This document shows positions 55,818-64,000 of a stretch of 64,000 nucleotides of DNA, one piece after another; the stretch's first letter is position 1; every line of letters starts with the position of its first letter. The notes beneath the pieces were generated by a model that was given only the letters and a program-made list of their open reading frames with translations, made no database searches and had not been told where the DNA came from. Origin of the DNA: Candidatus Aminicenantes bacterium (lineage in GTDB: Bacteria > Acidobacteriota > Aminicenantia > Aminicenantales > Saccharicenantaceae); NCBI GenBank assembly GCA_013178315.1, contig JABLWX010000002.1:232-64231 (forward strand). Direction: 5' to 3'. The translations under genes were made by a program, and so were the position numbers.

Positions 55818-58082
55818 ATGAGCAAAAAGAAGAGAAGACAGGCTATCATTAAGAATTTCAAGGAACGGGCAGGTGATTTTTCCGGTCCTAAGACCAAAGT
55901 CTCCGAGACAGATTATCCGGTGCAAGAAGAAATTCGTAGAGGAAAACGAGAAAAAAAGATAAAGCCCCTTGTAATAGCAATTATCTTTCTGGTTTTGGTA
56001 GTAGCGAGCTTCTTAGCAATAAAGCTGTCCGAACCAAAAGTGAATTTGAAACAAGCTGCCGAGCTTAATATATTGTTGATAACCCTTGATACTACTAGAG
56101 CAGATCACCTGGGTTGCTACGGTTATAAGCCGGCAAGAACACCGAACTTAGACAAATTGGCAAGAGACGGGATCCTTTTTGATAATGCCTATTGTCCAGT
56201 TCCCTTAACTCTCCCCTCTCACGTATCAATCTTGACTGGATTAGAACCCGTGGCTCATGGAGTGAGAAACAACGGATATTATCTTTCGCCAAATATCAGG
56301 ACTGTAACTCAGATTCTGAAGGAAAAAGGTTACAAAACGGCAGCCTTTGTTTCAGCCTTCTCGGTGGATTCCCGATTTGGCTTGGACCGTGGTTTTGACC
56401 TCTATGATGATATGTACCAGGCCGGTCTGCCCTTCAAGTCCCAGAATTCTGAACGGCGAGCCGAAAAAACTTTTGACAGGTTTGCTCGCTGGCTTAAAAA
56501 CAATGGGAACGAAAAATTCTTTTGCTGGGTGCATTATTATGACCCTCATCTCCCCTATGCCCCCCCCGCTCCCTTCAGTGAAGAATTTTCAGATCGACCC
56601 TACGACGGTGAAATAGCATACATGGATGTTTATGTAGGAAAGATCCTGGATGCTCTCACCCAGAAGGGCCTGCTTGAAAATACCATCATCATAGTTGCTG
56701 GTGATCATGGGGAGGGCTTGGGGGATAAGATAGAGCAAGGACACGGGATCTTCCTTTATGAGGAAACTGTAAGAGTGCCTTTGCTTTTATACAACAGGAA
56801 AATCTGGCCAAAATCAAAGAAGGTTGAATCACGAGTTGGCCTCGTCGATATTGTCCCGACCATAATAGAAATAAGCGGTTTAAAAAAAGATCAGATCAAT
56901 ACTGATGGAGAAAGTCTCCTGGAAGTAATTAAGAAAGACAACAGAGAAGGTAGAGATATTCTTCTGGAGACTTTTTACCCCAAGGAGTTCTTTTCCTGGT
57001 CAGAACTGGTTGGCCTAATCTCAGGAAAATATAAATTTATTCAAGCCCCAAAACCTGAACTTTATGATTTAAGCGTTGATCCTGAAGAAAAGAATAATCT
57101 CATATCTTCTTCTGTGAATGTGGCTGAGGAAATGAAGAAAAAACTGGAAGTACGGCTCTTATCCTTGGTCAAAAACAATGGTCGGACGGAATCTGTTGCC
57201 CCAAGTACTCGGGATCTGGAAAGACTCAGGTCTCTCGGGTACTTAAGTTTAGCCCAGGCCGGGCCAAGGACATCTTATCCAGATCCAAAAGAGAAATTAT
57301 ATCTTTTAAGATTGGTCCAGCAGGCTCAAGCTTATGAATACGATGATAACTATGCCGCCGCAGAGCAGGTATATAAGAAGATTTTGGAAGAAATTCCTGA
57401 TTCCCCCGCCAGCTATGTCAACCTGACTCTGGTTCAGGCTCGGCAGAAAAAAATGGATGAGGCCATCGCTACCCTGAAAAAGGGACTTGAAAAAAACCCG
57501 GAATCTGAAATACTGTTGACCGGGCTGGGCCAGACTTATCTGGTCATGGGCAGAGAAGAGGAAGCTTTTAAGACTATGAAAAGAGTTCTGGAACTTTATC
57601 CAAGCAATGTAGATGCTTTAACTGTTTGTGCCGGCATTCTTGATTCTAAAGGCTATAAAGAGGAGGCCCGGATTTACTATAAGAAAGCTCTGGCTATAGA
57701 ACCGGAGAGCAAGTTTTTGAGGACAAACCTGGCCGCCAATTTGGCCTCTACGGGGAAATTAATTGATGCCATCGAGATTTATAGGGATCTGATAAAGGAC
57801 TTTCCGGAGGACCAGAGCCTTTATCAGTTTATTGGCATAGCTTATTCTTACCTTGGTGATCATGAGCAGGCCTTATCTTATCTCAAACAATCGGTTTCTA
57901 TACTGCCTACCAGATCAGGATATTTTAACTTGGCGGTCGCCTGTCAGAAGGCAGGAAAGCTGAAAGAAGCCATAGATTATTACCGGATATATTTGGAAAA
58001 TTCAACGGGTGATAACCAGGCTACTATCAAGCTGGCTCAGAGAGAACTGGAGAAACTAGAAAAAGAAATCTCAAGAAACTGA
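55818..58082 (+). CDS. Sulfatase-like hydrolase/transferase (alkaline-phosphatase superfamily; Thr/His in place of the Cys/Arg of CxPxR) with C-terminal TPR repeats; AT-rich
   Basis: 'LLITLDTTRADHLGCYG...PLTLPSHVSILTG' then TPRs. GC is markedly lower than the flanks. Confidence 0.65.
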   Translation: MSKKKRRQAIIKNFKERAGDFSGPKTKVSETDYPVQEEIRRGKREKKIKPLVIAIIFLVLVVASFLAIKLSEPKVNLKQAAELNILLITLDTTRADHLGCYGYKPARTPNLDKLARDGILFDNAYCPVPLTLPSHVSILTGLEPVAHGVRNNGYYLSPNIRTVTQILKEKGYKTAAFVSAFSVDSRFGLDRGFDLYDDMYQAGLPFKSQNSERRAEKTFDRFARWLKNNGNEKFFCWVHYYDPHLPYAPPAPFSEEFSDRPYDGEIAYMDVYVGKILDALTQKGLLENTIIIVAGDHGEGLGDKIEQGHGIFLYEETVRVPLLLYNRKIWPKSKKVESRVGLVDIVPTIIEISGLKKDQINTDGESLLEVIKKDNREGRDILLETFYPKEFFSWSELVGLISGKYKFIQAPKPELYDLSVDPEEKNNLISSSVNVAEEMKKKLEVRLLSLVKNNGRTESVAPSTRDLERLRSLGYLSLAQAGPRTSYPDPKEKLYLLRLVQQAQAYEYDDNYAAAEQVYKKILEEIPDSPASYVNLTLVQARQKKMDEAIATLKKGLEKNPESEILLTGLGQTYLVMGREEEAFKTMKRVLELYPSNVDALTVCAGILDSKGYKEEARIYYKKALAIEPESKFLRTNLAANLASTGKLIDAIEIYRDLIKDFPEDQSLYQFIGIAYSYLGDHEQALSYLKQSVSILPTRSGYFNLAVACQKAGKLKEAIDYYRIYLENSTGDNQATIKLAQRELEKLEKEISRN

Positions 58083-58226
58083 GTGGCCTATATTGATTTT
58101 TCTCGGATAGTTGCCAACAGAAAGGTCTCGCCAAACTATAAGCGCAAAACTCTTAAAATATTCACTCTCTGGAGTAATGGCTATCTATGCTGACACCTTG
58201 AATCCCAGCCTGGGGCTCTTGATGTT

Positions 58227-58340
58227 GTTAGTGTACAAAATAGTTTGCGATTTGATTCAGGAGAGTAAGCCATCGTAATATCTGCTAGTGTACAAAATAG
58301 TTCGCAATTTGAACTAGGAGGACGAGCCATCGTAATATCT
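58227..58340. repeat. Tandem direct repeat, 2 x 57 bp (~84% identical), immediately upstream of the IS256 transposase remnant
   Basis: Copy 1 at 58227-58283 and copy 2 at 58284-58340, both ending in 'GCCATCGTAATATCT'. Confidence 0.7.
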
Positions 58341-58384
58341 CCTTTTCAAAAATTCAACCTTAAGAAAGGAGGTTTTAACTTACG

Positions 58385-58970
58385 ATGGCTCAAAGAGATT
58401 ATAAGGGATTACTGGGGAAATTGCTAACAGGATTTTTGGTGGAGGAGGATCCGCTGAAGGCGATGCTGGAGTGGCTGGCGGAGGAGCTGATGCGGGTGGA
58501 GGCTGAGGCCAGGGTAGGGGCGGAGAAGGGAAAGCACAGTAAAGAGAGAGTGACCCATTTTTCCGGCTACCGGGTTAGGAAGTTGAACTCTCGGGTAGGG
58601 ACGTTGTACCTGATGGTGCCGAAGGTGAGGAAGGGTGGCTACATACCGTTCTTTTTAACGGAGAGGAAACGGAGCGAGGTGGCCTTAATGAGCCTGGTCC
58701 AGGAGGCCTGTATCAACGGGGTCTCGACCCGGAAGATAGAGCGTTTGGCCAAAGCTCTGGGGATAGAGAGCCTCTCAGGTCTCGGATATAACGCGGAGTC
58801 TGGATGAGCGGGTGAAGGAGTTTCGGACCAGACTGCTTAAGGAAGAGTACCCCTTCTTATGGATAGATGCCATATATGAGAAGGTCCGGGTGGACGGTCG
58901 GGTCCGGTCGGTGTCGGTGATGGTAGCTTACGGTGTGGATAATGAGGGACAGAGGGAGGTTTTGGAGGTG
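58385..58970 (+). mobile_element. IS256-family (mutator-type) transposase remnant: N-terminal ~190 aa only, with a frameshift near 58770
   Basis: 'RNGYRxRxL' and 'GVSTRKIE' blocks in ORF 58385..58807. Shifting frame gives '...SQVSDITRSLDERVKEFRTRLLKEEYPFLWIDAIYEKVR'. The C-terminal half of the DDE domain is absent. Confidence 0.7.
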
Positions 58971-59360
58971 GAGCCGGAGAGCAAGACCCTGAGAGCCAGC
59001 CTGGCGGCCAGCCTGGCCTCGGTCGGTAAATTATCCGAAGCTATCGAGATTTACAGGAAACTTATCGAAGAATTTCCGGACGACCAGAGCCTGTATCAAT
59101 TTACAGGTCTGGCTTACTCTTACCTGGGCGACCAGGACCAGGCCATATTTTACTTGAAGCAGGCAGTGGCCATCAGGCCCACCAGGTCCGGTTATTTCAA
59201 CCTGGCCGTGGCTTACGAGAAAGCCGGCCGGACAGAGGAAGCGGTGGAATATTTTCGCCGCTACCTGGAGAATTCCAGCGGCGACCGCGAAGAGACCATC
59301 CGCCTGGCCCGCCGCGAGCTGGAGCGGCTGGAGAAGAAGCTGGCCGGCGGACAGAGATGA
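58971..59360 (+). pseudogene. GC-rich duplicate of the last ~127 codons (TPR tail) of the sulfatase-like gene, fused in frame to the IS256 fragment
   Basis: Amino-acid identity to residues 628-754 of the 55818 gene is about 65% ('EPESK.LR..LAA.LAS.GKL..AIEIYR.LI..FP.DQSLYQF.G.AYSYLGD...A..YLKQ.V.I.PTRSGYFNLAV'). Nucleotide identity is about 70%, with much higher GC. Confidence 0.55.
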
Positions 59361-60065
59361 AATTTATAATGTTCAGTTCTGGATGTTATCTAATTTTTTA
59401 GGTTGTCTCCCTCAGGCCTTCTTTAGGTTGCTTGTCGTAATTCTCGATTCTCAGAAATGATTTTCCTCCCGGTGGTGCCTAAGGTCCCGGGTCAGTTTAC
59501 CCATCTTTTCAACATCTCTCTTAGGTTAGGTTCAGGTCATGAATTTATTGTGGGTTCTTTCGCTGAGCGGCCTGTTTTTCAGGGAAACAGGCAAGAAGAT
59601 GTTATCATAATCTGGCGAGTGGCAGTCTGGCCAGGTGATCAGGATATCGGAAGACATATATTCGCCCCTGCTGGCAGGTCAGCCAACAGGTTAAATTCCA
59701 TATGGCAAGGGGCCGGGTAAGTTATTGTAGTCTGGCCGTCAGGTACTTTGGGGATTCAACTCAGGTTGTAAAACATAGAAAAGAGAGGTTTCACGGCTGT
59801 GCTGGAGATTCACTTATCATCGGGTGAGAGCTGAAGAATATTCGGTTTCTTGGGCTAAGCTTTCTTGCGAAAGGTCAGAAAAAAGCTGTCTTTGGCAATA
59901 CTCAGGAGATATTTTCCAGAGAGACGGAAATTTGCGGGTCTGCTTCGGGAAAAATTGAAAATGTAAGTTTAATGTTTTTTCGGTAATGCGGAAACGAGGG
60001 GTAAAATGGTGTGGAACATATCATTTCTCGTAAGACAAAAGAACGGTCAAGTCCACTTTTCGGGG

Positions 60066-60106
60066 TAAAATAAAAAGCCCGCCCCCGCCTTCCGGCGGGG
60101 ACGGGC
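60066..60106 (-). terminator. Rho-independent terminator of the second outer-membrane receptor gene
   Basis: GCCCGCCCCCGCC-TTCC-GGCGGGGACGGGC hairpin, with a U-tract on the minus strand (plus strand 'taaaataaaaa'). Confidence 0.6.
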
Positions 60107-60129
60107 TTGAGCTTCTGCTTTAACTCAGC

Positions 60130-63100
60130 TTAGAAGGTGAACTTGAAGCCCAGTCTCATCGACCAGGTGCCGAATCTGGAAGACCACCAGTTGAAGGCGG
60201 GATGCGGATCTGGAAGGCTAAGAGTGGTGAACCACGTTTGCCAGTTTTCGGCAAAAGTTCCATTGAGAATTGACTCGTCAATATCATAGGTTACGCCATT
60301 AACGGTAAGAGAGTAGAAGTTCGAAAACCGGTTCAGGTCAAAGATCTTGTCTCGTATAGTTTTGGTATTGGTGATGTTGTTTATCTGGATATTGATGCCG
60401 ACGCTATATTTACCGGCGAATCTGAGGGTATATTCAGCAAACAAATCTGCCCAGAAGGTCCAGGGTAAACGACCGAGATCGCCATAGCCATTCGGCCACA
60501 TGTAGGCGTTGCACATATTGATTCTGGTGCTCAGCGGATAGCCGCTCCTGGCGTAGGCGGTAACACCAACAGTTAGGCCGAAGGGGAAGACGTAGGAGCC
60601 GTAAGCCTTGATGTAGTGGGTCCTGTCATGAGGCAGTGGTCCGTTAAGCTCTTTTCCGTCAGCTTGATAGGGCATGAACCAATAGTCAAAGTACCTTTCC
60701 ACGTTGGGCGAAACACGACCGGCTTCGTCGGAGCTGGCCAGCCCGCCGTAGTTGCCCTGGACGCGGCTCAGGGTGTAGTTAAGGCCGCCCTGCCAGTTGT
60801 GGCTGAATCTCTTTTCCAGGGCCAGGTTCAGGCCGTAGTAGTCTCTCTTGGCCTTGGGCATCGGCCAGTATTCATCGGAAATTCTTCCGCCCTCAGATTG
60901 AGGTCTGGCCCAGCCGTAGCCGGGGTTGGCGAACATATAGATTTCGGCAAACTGACCTGGAGCCACTTCTTCGTAAGCGCCAATGTCTTCGATAGTTCTG
61001 ATCAGGTGCTTGTAAACGGCCCGAGCTGAGAAGGATAGGTCTTCAAGGATCTTCTTTTCGGCACCGAAGGAAATTTCCATCTGGGAAACCGGTTTCATAG
61101 AGGGGTCAACGGCGTCAAACGAAGGATAACGGAAGTCGATAGTATATCCGTACACATTGGTACCGCCGGCAGTGGCATCATTGAGGTCTTCAAAGTTGTG
61201 GGTATTGGTGAAATTGGCATATATCTGGGTCCAATCTGGATTGTAGATATAAAAATATGAGTTTTTCCACTTGAATCCACCGAAGGCACCTTCGGCCAGG
61301 TAGAGCTTCATAACGTCGTAATAGATGCCAAAGCTGCCGAAAACTTTCAGGCTGGAATCTCCGAAAACGTCATAAACCAGGCCCAGACGCGGGGCCAGCT
61401 TATCGACGAAATCGAACTTAATCGGGGTGACGTCAAAGGCTGGGTCGAAAGAAGGGATGTATTCGGACTCTGTCCTGACACCAAAGTTCAGGGTCAACCG
61501 GTTGCCGATTGTCCAGGAATCCTGGAGGTAAAGGGCCCAGTTATTGCTGTGGATGTTCCAGAGCCAGCCATAGGGATAAGATGCGTAACCATGCCGGACT
61601 ATATAGTATCCATAGCAGGGATCTTCTTCACTATACCAACTTGGCATCCAATACAAATTTATACGAGGAGCAGTCGGTTGAGCGTCGTAGTTCTCATGCA
61701 GATAAATAAACTGGACACCGGCTTTCCAGGCATGTTCGCCAGCCAGATTCAGGTAATAAGTAGCATCTAAATTAGCACTGATTTTTTCTCTCAGCTCTTT
61801 TTTATAGTTGAGCCAGTAAAGTGAGTTAGTCCAGCCCGCATAATGAAGTAGGTCAGGATGAGCTTGAAAGAAAGGATCATTTGCAAAACCATATCCTGTC
61901 CGTGAAAAATAAAAAGTAGGGCCTTCGATCGGAGGGTATTTCTGCTTCATATCCTGCCTGTGCCAGCCGGCCCTCAGCGAAACTAAGAGATTTCTGCTTC
62001 CGGAATAGTCAGCTGTAAAGGCGGCGCTCCAGTTGGGATACTTATAACCTCCAAGATGGTAAGGAAGGTTAGACTGGCTGGTTCCGTCGATTGAGGGGAC
62101 CTCTCCGGTGTACTCATAGGGGTTGTTGACCCAGCTAGCAGAAATTCTTAATCCGGTCATGGGAGCAGCAGTAAGCTTAATGGAAGCATTGTGGTAATAG
62201 TATTTCTGGGGGAAAGTGTAGAACGGTCCCTGCCTTCCGTTGAAATCTCTCAGGTAATTTGTATAGGCATAAATCGGGTTGTAAGAACCGAAGAACCACA
62301 GCCTGTCCTTGATGATGTAGCCACCGAGGCTGAAGACACCTTCCATTCTGTAATATGGATCTCTGTTCTTGCCACCATTGAAGTACAGGTCATCGTCGTT
62401 CACGTACTCGTAATGCTGCCGGGTAGGATCATAGGGGTCAAGCCGCAGGTAATCCCTGGCTTTACCCTGCATCCACTGCTTGTTATTCTCGTAGAAGCCG
62501 ATAACATCACCGTGGAAGGTGTTGCCGCCGGAACGGGTGACGACGTTGACCACGCCGCCCATCGAGCCGCCGAACTCGGCGTTGTAACCGGAAGCGGTGA
62601 CCTTAAGCTCGTCGACCAGTTCCAGGACGACGTTCTGGGCCCTGGTTCCCACGTGGATTTCGGTGACGTTGGTGCCGTCCACATACCACATGTTCTCGGC
62701 ACCGGAAGCGCCGTCAACCGAGATACCGCCGGCGATGCCCTCGCTGGAAACGCCGGGCACCGTGGTGATCAACGATTCAAAGTTACGGCCACGGGGCAGG
62801 CTCAGGAAGGTTTCCTTGGTCAGGACAGCGCCCTTAACCGTGCTCTTAACGTCGATGAGCGGGCTCTGTCCGACAACCGTCACCTGTTCCTCGATGGCGG
62901 CCGGTTCCATGGTCACGTTCAGGACCAGCGTCTGGGACAGCTGGAGGATGATATCCTTTCTGACCAGCGTCTTGAAACCGGGAAGAGTGAAGACCAGTTC
63001 ATAAGTTCCGGAAGGAAGAGCCAGCAACCGGAAAGTACCGTTAGCATCGGTCACGGTAGCGGCTTTTCCGACCAGCCTGGGGCTGGTGGCTTCAACCGTC

Positions 63101-63231
63101 ACGCCCGGCAGGGGATTACCCTGGTCATCGCTGACCTTTCCGGTAATCTTGCCTTCGGGGTTGATCTGAGCCAGGGCTGTGCCACCAGCCAGCAAGACGA
63201 GCAAAGCAAAAATAAGAAGTTTGTTCCTCAT
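60130..63231 (-). CDS. TonB-dependent outer-membrane receptor with CarbopepD_reg-like N-domain (paralog of 24847..27855)
   Basis: Start at ATG 63229-63231 with AAGGAGA RBS. Signal peptide 'LLIFALLVLLAGGTALAQ'. 'GKVSDDQGNPLPGVTVEA...NGTFRLLALPSGTYEL'. Ends '...GFKFTF'. Confidence 0.8.
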   Translation of the reverse strand: MRNKLLIFALLVLLAGGTALAQINPEGKITGKVSDDQGNPLPGVTVEATSPRLVGKAATVTDANGTFRLLALPSGTYELVFTLPGFKTLVRKDIILQLSQTLVLNVTMEPAAIEEQVTVVGQSPLIDVKSTVKGAVLTKETFLSLPRGRNFESLITTVPGVSSEGIAGGISVDGASGAENMWYVDGTNVTEIHVGTRAQNVVLELVDELKVTASGYNAEFGGSMGGVVNVVTRSGGNTFHGDVIGFYENNKQWMQGKARDYLRLDPYDPTRQHYEYVNDDDLYFNGGKNRDPYYRMEGVFSLGGYIIKDRLWFFGSYNPIYAYTNYLRDFNGRQGPFYTFPQKYYYHNASIKLTAAPMTGLRISASWVNNPYEYTGEVPSIDGTSQSNLPYHLGGYKYPNWSAAFTADYSGSRNLLVSLRAGWHRQDMKQKYPPIEGPTFYFSRTGYGFANDPFFQAHPDLLHYAGWTNSLYWLNYKKELREKISANLDATYYLNLAGEHAWKAGVQFIYLHENYDAQPTAPRINLYWMPSWYSEEDPCYGYYIVRHGYASYPYGWLWNIHSNNWALYLQDSWTIGNRLTLNFGVRTESEYIPSFDPAFDVTPIKFDFVDKLAPRLGLVYDVFGDSSLKVFGSFGIYYDVMKLYLAEGAFGGFKWKNSYFYIYNPDWTQIYANFTNTHNFEDLNDATAGGTNVYGYTIDFRYPSFDAVDPSMKPVSQMEISFGAEKKILEDLSFSARAVYKHLIRTIEDIGAYEEVAPGQFAEIYMFANPGYGWARPQSEGGRISDEYWPMPKAKRDYYGLNLALEKRFSHNWQGGLNYTLSRVQGNYGGLASSDEAGRVSPNVERYFDYWFMPYQADGKELNGPLPHDRTHYIKAYGSYVFPFGLTVGVTAYARSGYPLSTRINMCNAYMWPNGYGDLGRLPWTFWADLFAEYTLRFAGKYSVGINIQINNITNTKTIRDKIFDLNRFSNFYSLTVNGVTYDIDESILNGTFAENWQTWFTTLSLPDPHPAFNWWSSRFGTWSMRLGFKFTF

Positions 63232-63532
63232 TCGAATCAGTTCTCCTTTCGAATGATTTCTTGTCCCATTACCCTGGGATGGCCTGGCAGCCATCCCGGC
63301 CCATAATTAAGCAGGAAAATTTTGCTGCCTTTCTGCTTATCACCTCCTCTGATATAAAATTAATACCATTCATCGCCTTTTATTAATAGCAATTATCGTG
63401 CCAAACCAGTGGCTATTTAAGTTATTGAAAATAGGCAAAATATAATTATCATCGGTCGTTAAAATTCATAAATTTGAATTCCGGTTCAAAAACTTGAATA
63501 ATTTGTTATTCCCGCGCTAAAGGAGGTTTGAA

Positions 63533-63607
63533 TGGTGGGCGATAGAGGATTTGAACCTCTGACTTCTACCGTGTGAAGGTAGCACTCTGCCACTGAGTTA
63601 ATCGCCC
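63533..63607 (-). tRNA. tRNA-Val (anticodon CAC), 75 nt with genomically encoded CCA
   Basis: Manual cloverleaf: acceptor GGGCGAT/ATCGCCC, D-arm ACTC/GAGT, anticodon arm CTACC-TTCACAC-GGTAG, T-arm AGAGG-TTCAAAT-CCTCT, discriminator A, then CCA. Confidence 0.8.
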
Positions 63608-63780
63608 ACCCAGCTGATTTAATTTTATCCAAATCGCTCTGCCTGTCAACCGGAAATCTGGCAGCCTGCAATTTTCACCAGGGACTGGAAAAAGCGAAGA
63701 AAGACGGGCCGACCTGGCCCGGGAAAAATTTATTTGACAGGAAATTTTTTTAGTTTTATAAATAAAACAGCGAAAACATT

Positions 63781-64000
63781 ATGGGTATCAAGCGCTGTCC
63801 CTACTGCCGGGCCTTAATCAGTGACCGGGACCAGTACTGCAAGAACTGCGGCACCCAGCTTCTTTTCCCCGAGGACGAAGAGGTAGAAGAAGAAATACCG
63901 GGCGACAAAATCATAGAAGATGACCGGCAAAAAGAGGAGTCAGAATTCCCGGTCAAAGAGGAGCTCGAGACGGAACCGGCTGAAGACGAAACAGAAACTG
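63781..64000 (+). CDS. Zinc-ribbon domain protein, 5' partial (continues beyond the window)
   Basis: 'MGIKRCPYCRALISDRDQYCKNCGTQL', then an acidic low-complexity region. Confidence 0.45.
   Translation, partial: MGIKRCPYCRALISDRDQYCKNCGTQLLFPEDEEVEEEIPGDKIIEDDRQKEESEFPVKEELETEPAEDETET

Noticed and set aside
59457-59720. 87-aa plus-strand ORF in the non-coding gap.
   Set aside because: No RBS and no similarity to transposase or TPR sequences. It is likely spurious.
63486-63671. 61-aa minus-strand ORF.
   Set aside because: It overlaps the tRNA-Val gene and is an artefact.

Overview
This window is a 64-kb stretch of bacterial chromosome that is mostly GC-rich (about 58-62% by eye), interrupted by lower-GC islets at 1-2100 and about 55682-58970, both likely horizontally acquired. 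All product calls come from motif recognition in the supplied translations; no database search was possible.

Main contents:
- An arabinan/arabinose utilisation locus at about 20355-43033. It has araB-araD-araA on the minus strand; a divergent plus-strand block with a TonB-dependent outer-membrane receptor, a BNR-repeat protein, two GH127 beta-L-arabinofuranosidases and a GH51 alpha-L-arabinofuranosidase; a GTP-dependent phosphoenolpyruvate carboxykinase; and LacI-family and GntR-family regulators. Two LacI-type operator palindromes sit in the divergent promoter.
- A c-di-GMP-related gene pair at 12869-17503: a 664-aa protein and an HD-GYP phosphodiesterase that share an N-terminal domain with a 'DHPxF' motif. 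The HD-GYP gene is split by an IS481-family insertion sequence, and precise removal of that element restores one continuous reading frame.
- A lone 806-aa DUF853/YjgR-like ATPase with a coiled-coil C-terminal tail.
- The sigma-70 gene rpoD, a cluster of secreted TPR proteins (GWxTD-motif, CarbopepD_reg-like and sulfatase-like), and a frameshifted IS256 transposase remnant fused in frame to a GC-rich duplicate of the sulfatase-like gene's 3' end. This looks like an IS-mediated xenologous gene replacement.
- A second outer-membrane receptor, tRNA-Val(CAC) and a partial zinc-ribbon gene at the right edge.

No CRISPR array was found. Many long antisense ORFs in the track are GC-driven artefacts. 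I could not identify a clear-cut complete novel system; the most system-like candidates are flagged in the findings with moderate interest.
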